IMG/VR virus record: IMGVR_UViG_3300047157_000170 | Length of the DNA: 64,000 nt | Source: an uncultured virus (IMG/VR IMGVR_UViG_3300047157_000170) | Taxonomy: Duplodnaviria; Heunggongvirae; Uroviricota; Caudoviricetes | Direction: 5' to 3' (one strand) | Shown: positions 26,980 to 39,918 of the stretch, piece by piece | Position numbering within the stretch: position 1 is the first letter of the stretch | Layout: each line of letters starts with the position of its first letter | The notes under the pieces: generated by a model | Seen by the model: the letters and a program-made list of their open reading frames with translations, nothing else | What the model was told of the DNA's origin: nothing | The model's database searches: none | Translations under genes and position numbers: made by a program

Positions 26980-29900
26980 ATGCCAATTCTCAATGACAGG
27001 ATAGTAGACCAGATTGATGAACTCTTACCAGAGTACATTAGTGAGGAAGGACAAGGACTTAAACAGTTTTTGTCTGCATACTTTGACTTTCTTGAGAAGG
27101 GTATTCTTATCTATGAACAAGGTACAGACCTTGAAACAATAGGATTAGAAGATGGGGAAGGTGCAGTCTTACAAGAAACTGCAACCTTCTCTCCATCACC
27201 TTTAGATAAAGCAAAATTCTTGTACGAACAAAATTCTTTAGGAACTACACAAACTGGTTCTTGGGAAATAGGTGAATATGTAGTTGGGTCAATATCTGGT
27301 GCAACTGCAAGAATCGATGTTATAGGAAATACATCTAATAAACTTTATGTTGAAATGTTCACCGAATCACAATTCCTAATAGGTGAAACTATTGTTGGTC
27401 AAAATAGTAGTTACACTGCAAAGGCAAATTCATTTGAAGGTGGTGCATTGTTCGCTGCAAACAATCTATTAGATTATGCAGATGTAGACAAAACCACTGG
27501 TGACTTTTTGGAATTCTTCCGAAAAGACTTCATGCCTTCGATTGACACGAAAATAATTGCAGATAAAAGATTACTTGCAAAACACATTAATAATATCTAT
27601 CTTGCAAAAGGTAGTATGGCATCATATGATTTCTTATTTAGAGTATTATATGGTGAGGATATAGAAATTGCATATCCTAGAGATAACATTGTAAAACCAT
27701 CTGAATCCAAATGGACAGAATCAACAGTATTACATTTATTCTCAGAAAAAAATCTACTCGAATATGCAAAAGGAAAGATTGTAAAAAAACAAGAAGGTAG
27801 AGTAGTAACAAATATACAAGCAGACACAATCACCAGAGTAACTTCTGGAGAAGGAGATAATGTTTACCGAGTGGTAATCATGGAGCCTTACATAGGTTCA
27901 CTAGACATTGGTGATAAGATAGAATTACAATCAAGAGAAACAGAACTTAAGTTTCATAATGCAGTAGTAAGAGGTATAGTCTCAGACCTTGACGAAGACA
28001 ATAGTAATGTCATGGTCAGACTTGAGTCTGGAACTGGAACAGGATTCTTCTCATCTGAATCAGATGATACTGAAGCATTCCAATTAGAAACTGAAACAGA
28101 CAATGTAAATCCAGATGTCAATAATCTCCTCTTATTAGAAGAAGGAACACAGGTAGACAATAGTAATAACGAAGTCCATGGTAGAACACCAATCTTAGTT
28201 AGAGAAACAGTAAACACACCTTTAACAGAAGCTGTAATTGGTGGTGCAATGAAGTCCGAAGAAAATTCAAAAGGGTCATTGTATTCTATATCAGAAAATG
28301 TTACAGTTAATTTACCACAATCAGAAATTGGTGTAGGTCAATTTGCAAAAACACTTGTAGGTAATATTGAAGATGGTAAAGTAGAAAAGGTTTTAGTAGA
28401 CCCATCACAAAGAGGTACAGGATACGAAGATGGTGACTTAGTTGTATTTGATAATACAGGAAGTGGTGGAACACTTTCATTGGGTGAGGTTACTTCTATA
28501 TCTGGTGATATACTTTTAGAAAGTGGAACTACATTTGGTTCATTTGAATTCACTGCAACAGGTGGACAAACTACATTCTCTGGAAAAGATAATCATAATA
28601 ATCTTTTAGTTTATGATGCAGAGAAAATATTAGTAAGAGTTAAAAGAACAGATGCAACACAGAACATAACTGCACAGGGTGGTAATATTTCATTCTCAGT
28701 ATTTGAAGAAGTACGAGGAGCTGCAAACATAGGTCTCAATGGAAACTCTATTGTCTTTATAGGAACTTATGCACAGAATGGACATGCAAATTATGTTGGT
28801 AACGCAGGAACACTTATAGAAGTATTTGCAGAACCAGAAGAAACAACTTTAATTTTAGAAGATGGATTGCAGTCAACAGGAGAAAACAAAGTACTCTTTG
28901 ACCAATCTGGTGCAAACCCAACAGGTGCAATATCAAGAGTTAGAATGTTAACTAGTGGTGTAGGATATCAATCCCTTCCACAAGCATTTGTTGGTGGTGA
29001 AGTTTTCTACTCAGAAGAAACGACACCTAATTTTACTATTGGAGAAACAGTAACATCTGGAACAACAACAGGAAGATTGGTTGACCACGATAAAGGTGCA
29101 AACAAACTTGTCATTGCAAAACTACAAACTACAACCGACACTACAACATTTAGTGTAGGTAATACAGTTACAGGTTTAGCTTCTGGTGCAACTGCAACAG
29201 TCAAACAAAATAGTTTTACTACAGGTGTTGGTGCAAAACTTTTACCTTATGGTGATAAGATTGGTTCAATAGGACAACTAAGAATTATAGAAGAAGGTAA
29301 TCACTTTGATAAATCTTCTGGTATACCAGACTTTAGAAATCATTTTATTTATGGTAGAGCATCTGGTATTCCAGTAGTTGATACCACAGTTACAGGTGCA
29401 GCTTCTGGTGCAACAGGTACAATTAAGATTGTAGATGGTGATAAAAACATTGTAAGTATTGAACCTACACAAGGTATGTTTAGAAAGGGTGAAACTGTAA
29501 CTGCATCCGATAGTAAAACATTCCAGATATTAGAAGGTAACCCAGCAACAGTAGGTGCAAAAAATAATTCAATTAGTAAAGTAGATGGTAACTATACAAG
29601 TGATGTAGGTTTCCCATCTGTAACTGCACAAAGAATACAGGATTCAAAATTCTACCAAGACTTCTCATATGTAATTAAAGTTGGTCAAAGTATTAACAAC
29701 TATCGTTCAGTTGTACAACAATTATTAAACCCAGCAGGTACAATATTCTTTGGAGAAGTTGCAATTGTTAATAATCTAGATGGTAGTGCAGAAGCTTACA
29801 GAACAGGTTCTAACGATGATGGGTTCGATGGTGACAGAGTTACAAGGTCATTTGTACCAACACTTTATATTGGTTCTAAGATTGACCCAGCAAAAGTTAT

Positions 29901-31797
29901 TCTAGAAGAAGGAACAGTTGCATCTGGAGAAGAAGATGTATTCTATGCAGAAGAACAAAACATAATTTATGAAGACAACTCTGGTGTTGTAGTAACTGAA
30001 AGATTCCTTGCAGATGATAAGTTACAATTAACATTAAGTACAACTGATATGGCACCAGCTGGTTCAACTGCATTTACAGTTGGAGAAACAGTATCACAGA
30101 ATTTATTCAAAACACAAAGTGGAGACATTGCAACAATCACAGGTAGAGTCGTATCTAAATCTGGAAATACATTAATTATTGACAACATTATTCCAGACCA
30201 TACTGCAATGAAACAATTAACTTCCGAAGGTGGAAGAGCAGGTGTCTTTGGTTTGTTTAAAGAGACACATGGTGATTGGAAAACAGACCAATCAGATACA
30301 GATATAGAATTTGTCCATGGTATTGTTGGTTCATCTTCTGGTAAGAAAGCAATTGTTAATACAGTAGTAGATGCAAGTACTAAGACAGACCAAGGTTCTG
30401 GACAAGCATTTATTATAGGACAGGATATTACAGAATCAGATGTTGGATTGTATGATAGGATTATTCGTGCAAATGTAACTGCACATGGTCATGAGGTTGT
30501 AAAAGAATTAGAGATAATGCCTCACTATGCACATACCAGAATCTATTATAACACTTTAGACAATGCATTGTCAATAGGTCAAAATGTAAAAGGTGCATCT
30601 TCTGGTAAGTTAGGTCGTGTTATGGAACACGATACAGTTAATAAGTTTATTATTGTATGGGAAGGTGCAGATTTACTTGGTGCAAACTTAGGAAGTTTTA
30701 CAACTGAGGTAATCACAAACGAATCTGGTGGTACAACACACTTTACTGCAACGACAGTAGAAGAACATCATGTCCATGAGGGAATAGTTAAAGTTGATAT
30801 AGGTCATAACTCTCCAGTATCAGTTCCAAGTAGACCATCATTATCAGTTGACCCTAAAAGAGATATTGCAGTTGAATTCTATGAAGGTGCAAACAGACAA
30901 CAAAGAAAGAACATTACAATACTACAAACCTTTGCAAGTGCAAATACTAAATCTGGTAGAACATTAACTATAGTTCCAGATAGTAAAGAAGATGCAAATC
31001 AACAGGGTCTAAGAGGTAGTGGTGCAACAACTACAATTGCATATACAGGTGGATTAGATTGGGGTGAAACAATTAAGAGTGCAAATAGAGATTCTATAAT
31101 TAATAACCTTGCAACAGGAAATAGTAATCACTTAGTTCCATCCGATGCAAAACGAATTAACTCAGTTGCAAATGTCGATGAAGAGTTTATCATAACAGAA
31201 GATGGTTCATATCTAATAGAAGAGATTGACCATGGATTCTTAATGGCAGAACCAGAACCAGAAAGATATAATTCTTTAACTACAACCGATGGAAAATATT
31301 ATGTTGGAGACAAGTGGACAGTAGATGCAACAGAAGAAATAACGCTGGAAGATGATAGTAGACTTGCATTAGAAGAAGCAACACATATAGAAAAACATGA
31401 AAGATTTGTGACTGAAAGGTCATTTAACTTGGGTTCATACTTTATAATATCCGATGTACAAGATACACTTGTATATGAAGATGGTACTAGAGTAATCCAA
31501 GAAAACGCAATATCATTTGGTGAACCAGTCGAAAGACTTGGCCCAACACTAGGTGACCTTGCAAAAATAGGGTTCTCTCAATCCCTTAAATTTGAGGAAA
31601 GGATAACACAGGAAGATGGTGATAATATTCTCATGGAGAATGAGGCAGGTAGAGTACTTGTAGAAGCACCTTATGAAGGTGTTAAAATTAGTGATATAAG
31701 TACTTTATATCCAAATGAAAGTGTTTCTGATTTACAGGAACATGTAGGTAGGAAAATGATATTAAATTACCCAGCTTCTGTACAATCTGGTGTATAA
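26980..31797 (+). CDS. 7: Baseplate wedge gp7-like large protein
   Basis: LPEY..E...F.AY..FLE, K.I..IY.AKGS..SY.FLFR.LYGE, IQDS.FYQDFSYVIK...PAG...FGE; located between gp6 and gp8. Confidence 0.8.
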   Translation: MPILNDRIVDQIDELLPEYISEEGQGLKQFLSAYFDFLEKGILIYEQGTDLETIGLEDGEGAVLQETATFSPSPLDKAKFLYEQNSLGTTQTGSWEIGEYVVGSISGATARIDVIGNTSNKLYVEMFTESQFLIGETIVGQNSSYTAKANSFEGGALFAANNLLDYADVDKTTGDFLEFFRKDFMPSIDTKIIADKRLLAKHINNIYLAKGSMASYDFLFRVLYGEDIEIAYPRDNIVKPSESKWTESTVLHLFSEKNLLEYAKGKIVKKQEGRVVTNIQADTITRVTSGEGDNVYRVVIMEPYIGSLDIGDKIELQSRETELKFHNAVVRGIVSDLDEDNSNVMVRLESGTGTGFFSSESDDTEAFQLETETDNVNPDVNNLLLLEEGTQVDNSNNEVHGRTPILVRETVNTPLTEAVIGGAMKSEENSKGSLYSISENVTVNLPQSEIGVGQFAKTLVGNIEDGKVEKVLVDPSQRGTGYEDGDLVVFDNTGSGGTLSLGEVTSISGDILLESGTTFGSFEFTATGGQTTFSGKDNHNNLLVYDAEKILVRVKRTDATQNITAQGGNISFSVFEEVRGAANIGLNGNSIVFIGTYAQNGHANYVGNAGTLIEVFAEPEETTLILEDGLQSTGENKVLFDQSGANPTGAISRVRMLTSGVGYQSLPQAFVGGEVFYSEETTPNFTIGETVTSGTTTGRLVDHDKGANKLVIAKLQTTTDTTTFSVGNTVTGLASGATATVKQNSFTTGVGAKLLPYGDKIGSIGQLRIIEEGNHFDKSSGIPDFRNHFIYGRASGIPVVDTTVTGAASGATGTIKIVDGDKNIVSIEPTQGMFRKGETVTASDSKTFQILEGNPATVGAKNNSISKVDGNYTSDVGFPSVTAQRIQDSKFYQDFSYVIKVGQSINNYRSVVQQLLNPAGTIFFGEVAIVNNLDGSAEAYRTGSNDDGFDGDRVTRSFVPTLYIGSKIDPAKVILEEGTVASGEEDVFYAEEQNIIYEDNSGVVVTERFLADDKLQLTLSTTDMAPAGSTAFTVGETVSQNLFKTQSGDIATITGRVVSKSGNTLIIDNIIPDHTAMKQLTSEGGRAGVFGLFKETHGDWKTDQSDTDIEFVHGIVGSSSGKKAIVNTVVDASTKTDQGSGQAFIIGQDITESDVGLYDRIIRANVTAHGHEVVKELEIMPHYAHTRIYYNTLDNALSIGQNVKGASSGKLGRVMEHDTVNKFIIVWEGADLLGANLGSFTTEVITNESGGTTHFTATTVEEHHVHEGIVKVDIGHNSPVSVPSRPSLSVDPKRDIAVEFYEGANRQQRKNITILQTFASANTKSGRTLTIVPDSKEDANQQGLRGSGATTTIAYTGGLDWGETIKSANRDSIINNLATGNSNHLVPSDAKRINSVANVDEEFIITEDGSYLIEEIDHGFLMAEPEPERYNSLTTTDGKYYVGDKWTVDATEEITLEDDSRLALEEATHIEKHERFVTERSFNLGSYFIISDVQDTLVYEDGTRVIQENAISFGEPVERLGPTLGDLAKIGFSQSLKFEERITQEDGDNILMENEAGRVLVEAPYEGVKISDISTLYPNESVSDLQEHVGRKMILNYPASVQSGV

Positions 31798-31849
31798 ATA
31801 CATATAAATACTTACTAGTATTAATTTTTAACTTAGAGGAAAGGATAAA

Positions 31850-33286
31850 ATGGCAGCGATAATTACCGAAAAATTTCGTCTCCACAACGCAAAGGAATTC
31901 AAACAAAGTGCAACCGAAACTGGTAATGCAATGTATATGTTTATTGGAAGACCTTTATCGTGGACAGATGATTCAAACCCGCCGACTCCAGTAGACTCTC
32001 TAAATGATGAGTATGATGCATATGCAAATATGACAGCACTTAAGAAAGTTTCATCAACAGATGTAAGTCATGCCATTATCCGAAGAGACTGGACAAGTGG
32101 AACAAAATATGATGAGTATAGGCATAATTACACATCAAGTAACAAATCAACAAGTAATGCATCTACTTTATGGGCATCAACATTTCATGTTGTAACCAGT
32201 GATTACAATGTATATAAAGTAATCTCAAATAATAATGGTGCAGACTCAACAGTTATGCCAACAGGTACTTCAACAAACATCTTAACAACAGGTGATGGAT
32301 ACAAATGGAAATTTATGTTTTCTATTTCTGCATCGGATGTTATTAAATTTGTAACATCTGATTTCATACCAGTAAAAACTATTGGTGCAAAAGCAGGAGT
32401 TGAGGGTGATGTTGGTGGACTAGGAACTGCAGCTGCAGATGATAACTCTGCACAATGGGATGTAGAAAATGGTGCAACAGATGGTACTATAGAACATGCA
32501 AGAGTCACAGCAGGTGGTTCTTCATATGGTTCAGATGGTAACTTCAATGTTGCAATTAGTGGTGATGGTGCAAGTGGACAACTACAAGTAACAGTGTCTT
32601 CTGGTGCTATTACAGCAGTAACAGTAAATGCAGTGGGTAGTGGATACTCAGTTGCAAGTATAGATAATGCATTACTCAGAACTGCAACAAGTTCTTCTGG
32701 AACTGGTGCAGCTTTTGATATAATCATTAGTCCTAAAAATGGACATGGGGCAGACCCAGTAGAAGAATTAGGTGGAAACTATGTCATCGTAAACTCTCGA
32801 TTAGAATATGCAGAGGGTTCTGGTGACTTCCCAACAGATAACGACTTTAGACAAATTGGTTTAATTGTAAATCCAACCAATGCTGGTGGTAACACTTTGT
32901 CAAGTGCAACAACACTAAGTGCATTAAATAGAATTACATTACAGTCTGGTGCAACAATGCCAGCAGTTGACTCTACAATAGCAAGTGCAGCTTCCATAAC
33001 AAGTGGAACTGCAACAGGTAAAGTAGTATCAGTTGATTCAACTAATAGATATGTTTATTATCTACCAAGTGTGGATTCAGTTGGAAACTTTAATGCATTT
33101 GCAAATAGCAATGGTGTTTTTGTAGGTAGTACACAAAAAGGTACTATCAACTCAAGTAATGGTGTAAGTGCAGCGTATCCAGAAGTACAAAGAAACTCTG
33201 GTGACATTGTATACTTAGAAAATCGTGGTGCAGTAGCAAGGGCAGCTGACCAGATTGAGGATATTAAACTAATAATTGAAATGTAG
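31850..33286 (+). CDS. 8: Baseplate wedge gp8
   Basis: MAAIIT.KFR..NA, Y.FIGR...W, R.DW.SG..YD.Y, YNVYK.ISNN, DGYKWKFM, GHG.DPV.ELG, DFRQIG, EDIKLIIE. Confidence 0.93.
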   Translation: MAAIITEKFRLHNAKEFKQSATETGNAMYMFIGRPLSWTDDSNPPTPVDSLNDEYDAYANMTALKKVSSTDVSHAIIRRDWTSGTKYDEYRHNYTSSNKSTSNASTLWASTFHVVTSDYNVYKVISNNNGADSTVMPTGTSTNILTTGDGYKWKFMFSISASDVIKFVTSDFIPVKTIGAKAGVEGDVGGLGTAAADDNSAQWDVENGATDGTIEHARVTAGGSSYGSDGNFNVAISGDGASGQLQVTVSSGAITAVTVNAVGSGYSVASIDNALLRTATSSSGTGAAFDIIISPKNGHGADPVEELGGNYVIVNSRLEYAEGSGDFPTDNDFRQIGLIVNPTNAGGNTLSSATTLSALNRITLQSGATMPAVDSTIASAASITSGTATGKVVSVDSTNRYVYYLPSVDSVGNFNAFANSNGVFVGSTQKGTINSSNGVSAAYPEVQRNSGDIVYLENRGAVARAADQIEDIKLIIEM

Positions 33287-33297
33287 GATAACTAACA

Positions 33298-36200
33298 GTG
33301 GCTCAAAAAACAGACCTTAATGTTAGTCCTTATTATGATGATTTTGCAGAGGATAAGAGTTTTCATCGTATCCTCTTCAAACCATCTGCAGCCATACAGG
33401 CTAGGGAACTAACACAATTACAATCAATACTTCAAAATCAAATTGAACGATTTGGTTCTCACATGTTCAAAGAGGGTGCAATCATCCTTGGTGCAAGAAC
33501 TAATTACGATAATCAATACTTTGGAGTAAGGGTTGAAGATACTAATCCAAATGGAAGTGGTGTGTCTGCCACTGAATCTTTTCGTGCAGAATCAGTAGGT
33601 AAATTCTTTAAAGGATTAACCTCTGGTGTTGTAGGTAAGGTTGTAAACTCAAGTCAGAAGACTACAACCGATAATCTTTAACACTTACATGTTAAATATC
33701 AAGCAACAGGTAACTCTGGTTCTACATTCTTTACAGAATTTCAAGATGGTGAAATAATAGACGAAGTAACTCAAGATGCACTAATGGTCTTGGTGGTTAT
33801 TCTTCTGTATCATCAAACAATCAATTTAAGATTTTTTCAGTAGCAGGTTCTATTAATGTAGGGTCTATGGCAGGTTCAGCTGCAAGTATATCCGAAGGTA
33901 TCATTTATACTAGAGGTATGTTTGTCCAAGTTCCAGCACAAACAATTATTTTAGAAAAGTATTCTAATACTCCATCCTACAAGGTTGGTGTAGATATTGC
34001 AGAAACCTTTACAACTTATACAGAGGATACATCTTTACTAGATAATGCACAGGGTTCATCAAATGAAAATGCGCCAGGTGCTGACAGATTAAAAGTACAA
34101 TTAACTCTTGCAAAGAAATCGTTAACTGCAACAGACTCAACAGACTTTATTGAATTAATGAGATTGTCTGCTGGTGAAGTAGTTAGAAAACAAGAGATTA
34201 CAGAATATAATAGAATTCAAGAAACACTTGCAAGAAGAACATTCGATGAGTCTGGTGATTACACTTTACAACCATTTACTCTTGCATTTAGAGAACACTT
34301 AAACGACTTATCAAATAATGGTGTTTATACTTCAACATCAACTCCAATTGGAGATGAATCCAAATTTATTGCAGTAGTATCTGCTGGTAAATCTTATGTA
34401 AGAGGATTCGAAGTAGACAAACAAACTCCTTCATTTTTAACTTTCGATAAAGCAAGAACAACTGCATCAAAAGATAATGTTGCATCTGCATTTAGAATAG
34501 GTAACTTCTTAAAGATTAATAATGTATATGGTCTACCAGATATTGGTGATACTGGAGATTTATCTGCATTCTCAACAGTCACACTTATGGACACTGCAAA
34601 GGGTTCAGTTGCAAGTGATGATGGTGGTGGAAGTGAAATAGGTTTTGCAAGAGTAAGAGCATACGAAAACTTTGATACATCAAGTGATGCATTACATTTA
34701 TTTGATGTTCAGCTGTTTACAAAATTAACAACTGCATCAGTATCATTTTCTAAAGGACAAAAAATTATTGGTTCTGTTTCTGGTGCAACAGGTATTGTTG
34801 CAAAAGCAGTATCAAGTGGAACAACAGTATTAGTACATAGTGTTGTAGGACAATTTAATACTAGTGATGTAGTAAGAAAAATACAAAATGCATCTGGTGG
34901 TGTAGCCGTCAGTGCAACAAGAATTTTTGATATTGGTAGAATAAGAAGAGTACATCAAGATAGAGGAACAGGTGTCTTCCAAGAATTTGGTGGAGATGTA
35001 GTATTAGAAGATAACTTCACATTAACAGGTAGTGCATTTGGTACTGCTGATGGTGATTCTGCAAACGATACCATAACAGGTGTTGCATCTAAGTTCACTT
35101 CTGAATTAATCGAAGGGGATAAACTATTATTCCCAGATGGTAGTAACTCAACTGTAATTTCTGTTACAGATAATGACACAGCAATAGTAACTGATTTATC
35201 TGCATCATTCAATGGTTCAGTAGTAAGACAAAGAGCAAAATTTTATAAACCAGACCAAACAGTTGCAATATCTGGATTACCTAACTCTGGTATCAAAGAC
35301 ATTTCAATCGAAACAGAAGTAGTACGAAGAGAAGTAATAGTACAATCAAGTGGTACAGGAATATGCACAGTAACATCCTCAGATGGTACATTCGTTGCAT
35401 TTAATGAAGATGATTACCATGCATCAAGAAGTGATAATGGTGCTAAGATATCATTAGCTTCTAGTGATGTATCAATTAGTAATGGTTCAAATACTGGTAC
35501 AGTAAACATCGATGTAGGTGTTAACAGTGTAAATTGTAAAGTTATCGTAACAGTACAAAGAGGTTCAGTATCAGAATCAACTAAAACATTAGTCAAAGGT
35601 GGTGTATTATCAGTAGACACTGCAAACTCAACATCAAGTTATGGTCAGTCATATCAACATAATGATATTACTTTAGGTATGTCAGATGTATATGCAGTAA
35701 GAGGAGTTTTTGAGGGTGGTAATGCAATATCGTCTGGTGGTGCAACTGCATCTACAGACCCAGTACCACCATCGTTTACATATACAGCAGATGCTGGAAG
35801 TAATGCATTATCTAATGGTGGTGTTGAAGTTACAGGTAGTGTTTCAAATGCAAGAGGTATTCTAATTGAGAATGACTCTAACACTTGTTTCTTCTATTAC
35901 AAACAGGGTTCTGGAAAATTCCAAAATGGAGAAGGAATAACCTTTATAGATGGTTCAGAAAAATCTGGAACAATTAGTAACTTATCAAATGGTTCAAAAG
36001 AAATTACAGATAGTTTCATGTTTGATGATGGTCAAAGAGATGGATACTATGGTATATCTAAATTAACTAGAAAGAAAGGAAGACCAGCACCTAGTAATAA
36101 GTTAATGATTGTTATTGACTTCTTTACTCACTCTGGTGGTGGTAATGTATTTACTGGTAATTCATATGGTACTCTTGCATTTGACGAAGTACCAAGTTAT

Positions 36201-39200
36201 GTTGCAGATAGATTTGACCCAAGTGCATCCTTTGATGCAGATGGTGAATTCCATCTTGCAGACTCAATTGACTATAGACCAGTTGCAGCTAGACTACTAG
36301 GAACACAACCATCAAATGATATATCATCTCCACAAAATATTTCTGGTATAAGTTCTTTACCAATGTCATATAGTGCAACTACATTTGAAGGGAATGGTTC
36401 TTTCAATCCAGACCTTGCAAAAATAGGTTCAAATATTACAGTAGACTATGACCACTATCTTGCAAGACTTGATAGAATATTCTTAACTGCATTAGGAGAG
36501 TTTGTTGTAGTAAGTGGTGAACCTTCTGATGTACCTAAGAAAGGTGCAAAGGTTGATAATGCAATTGAAGTTGCAGAAGTATTCATACCAGCATTTACTC
36601 CAGATGTAGGAGATATAGAAACACAATTAGTACAACATAGACGATATACCATGAGAGATATTGATGGTATGCAAAGGAGACTTACTCAATTAGAAACAGC
36701 AGTCTCACTTTCTATGTTGGAAGAAAAAACAGAAACATTACAAGTTTTAGATGACGATGGATTTGATAAATTTAAATCTGGTTTTGTTGTCGACCCATTT
36801 AAAGGTCATGGAGTTGGAGATGTATTCCACCCAGACTATGGTATTGCAGTAGACCAAAAAGAAGGTATTGCAAGACCATCACATAGAACAAATTATTTTG
36901 ACCTAGAATACAATACAGGTATCTCTTCTAATATTACTAAAAGTGGTGACTTACTTACATTACCATTTACAGAAGAAGCTCATATCACTTCTAACAAAGC
37001 ATCACAACAAGTCAATGTTAACCCATATGATGTTGCAAACTTTGTAGGAAGAATGGAACTAAGTCCAGACAAGGATGTTTGGCATGACATGGAACAACTA
37101 CCAAGTATTACTTCATCTCAAGAAGGAAACTTTGATGCAGTATTAGCTGGTGTTGAAGTAGGTACAGTATGGAATGATTGGCAACAAACATGGGCAGGTA
37201 TTCCAACTGTAACCCAACAAGTAGGTAACTTCTTAGAAAATAATATGTTAGGTGACGAACCAGAAGAGTTCGAATTACTTAGAGGTAGAAGATTTAGAAG
37301 AAGAAGAAGAGTCATTAATAGGGGTAGAGGTAGAGTTGCAGTTACAACTACACAGGTTAGAACTATACCAACAAGAGAAAGAAGAAGTGGTATTATAACT
37401 AATGTAGTAGAAGATATTTCAACAACAAGAAATGATAGAGTTGTTGGTGTATCTGCAATCAACTTCATGAGAACAATAGACATTACCTTAACTGGTGAAT
37501 TGTTAAAACCAAATACTGCATTAAATGTATTCTTTGATAACATCAATGTAAATGCACATTGTACTCCAGCATCTGGAACTTATGGTGTAAGTGGTGGAAC
37601 TTCAAAGGGAACAAAACTTAAAACAGATAATCAAGGTAAACTTAATGCAACCTTTACAGTACCAAACGATGACACCTTAAGATTTGAAACTGGTGTTAGA
37701 ACTTTAAAAGTTACTGATACTGATACAGTCGATAGTGCATTGTCAACCACTTCTGCATTTTCAAACTTCATGGCAAATGGTTCATTAACTTCTACACAAA
37801 CAGAAGTTATTTCTACAAGAAATGGTAGAGTAGTAAATGAAACAGTAAACGAAGGTAGAGCAAATCAACTTGTTGATATAACTACTACAACAAGATGGGT
37901 TGACCCACTTGCACAATCATTCTTAGTAGAAAGAGAAGAGGGTGTATTCATAAACTCTATTGAAGTATTCTTTAGTGCAAAAGATGGTGGTGGATTACCA
38001 GTAACATGTTCTATTAGACAGATGTTAAATGGTTCACCAACTCAGAAGGTATTACCTTTTGCAGAGAAAACATTATATCCAAGTGAGATTACAACAAGTG
38101 CAAATGCACAAACAGCTACTAAGTTTACTTTCCCAGCACCAGTATACTTGAATCCAAATACAGAATATTGTTTTGTACTTGAATCAAATTCAAATGCATA
38201 CTTAGCTTGGGTTGGGCAGATGGGTGATTTCGATGTTCATACAAAAGAACCAATCGATAGACAACCATATGCTGGTGTATTATTTAAATCACAAAACAGT
38301 TCAACTTGGACTCCAGAACAATTACAAGACTTGAAATTTAATATCAATAGATGTAAGTTTAGTTCAACATCTGGTAAGGTAGTTCTAGAGAATAAAGCAA
38401 TACCAAATAAGAAATTAAAAAGAAATGCAATCGAAATTGTTGGAACAAGTGATAGAGATAGAGTAAGAGTATTGCATCAATCACATGGTATGTATGATGG
38501 TGATTCAAATGTAATCATATCTGGTGTTGAGGGAGATAAGGATAATGGTATCCTAACTGCAACTAGTAATGTAACTGGAACAGGTGCATCTGCTACTTAT
38601 ACAGGAATAAGTGGAGTTTCCAGTGGAAATGGTTCTGGTGCAACTTTTGATGTAATCCTTAATACAAACACAAATATAAGTTCACTTAAAATTAATAATC
38701 CTGGCTTTAACTATGCAGTAAACGAAACAATTACAATTAGACAAGATGCAGTTGGTGGTTCTGGTGCAACAACATTTGCAACATTTACAGTTGCATCTGT
38801 AGAAGACACTTTAGGTGGAATACCAATTAGTAAGATTAATACAACTCACACTGCAATACAATCATTTGATTTAGACTCATATGAAATAAATGTAACTCTA
38901 GGAGACCACTTAGGTGGTACAGACAATGTTACAGGTGGTGGTGTAAATATATTTGCAACAGAGAATATGTACTTTGATGTTGTTCATACTTTAGTACCTA
39001 ATGTAATTTATCCTAAGACATCTTTAGGTTCAGAACTATTTAAAACAAGTACAAATCAACCACAGGGAACTGGAAATAGTTATTCATTTGCAAATGCAAG
39101 TCAGACGATTGTCTTAAACGATAATAACTTTATGACAACATCTGGTATTATTGCATCACAAATTAATGAAACTAATGAAATGGGTTCTGCAAAATCATTC

Positions 39201-39713
39201 AAGTTAGAACTTGACATGACAACAACTTCTGATTTCGTATCACCAATTGTTGATGTAGGTTCTATTGGTGCAAATACTATTATGAATAGAATTGATTCAA
39301 TAAGTTCTTCTAATGATATTGCAACAAACTCAACTTTTGTTGAATCAACAGAACCAGAAGGAGATAATAACTCTGCAATCTACTGTACAAGATTAATACA
39401 ATTAGAAAACCCAGCAACACAATTGAAAGTCATCTTTGATGGGTTCAAACCAGCTGGAACTGCATTAGGTGAGATTAGAACATACTTTAAATTATTGAAA
39501 GCAGATAATACTTTACCAACAGAAGAACTTGGTTGGACTGAATTTGCAACAGACAATGTACCAGATGCAGACTCAAGTAAGTTTAGGTCATATGAGTATG
39601 ATGCAGATAACTTAGAAGAGTTCTTAGGATTCTCAGTTAAGATTGTAATGAAGTCAAAAGATACAACACAACCATGTGCTATAAGAGCATTTAGAGGATT
39701 AGCACTTGCCTAA
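33298..39713 (+). CDS. VrlC-like / DUF4815 large virion protein (probable indels near 33680 and 33780)
   Basis: LNVSPYYDDF...LFKP..A.QARELTQLQSILQNQIE, N.NAPGADR.K, LARRTFDESG.Y, RRYTMRDI, DPLAQSF. Confidence 0.88.
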
Positions 39714-39918
39714 GATTAAAGGAAAAGACCATCTTATAAAAGATGAATTCTCTCAAGCTGTTATAAATACAGATAGAGATGCATATACATTGTATAAAAA
39801 AAGAAAAATAATTATGCAATCTAAGAACAACGAAATAGAAACTTTAAAAGTAGAAATGTCAGAATTAAAAGTAATGATGACACAAATTTTGGATAAATGT
39901 AATGGCAAAGAATGTTAA
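39706..39918 (+). CDS. Small conserved T4-like protein following VrlC
   Basis: K..G...L.KD..S.AVINTD...Y..Y plus coiled-coil C-terminus. Confidence 0.75.
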   Translation: MPKIKGKDHLIKDEFSQAVINTDRDAYTLYKKRKIIMQSKNNEIETLKVEMSELKVMMTQILDKCNGKEC

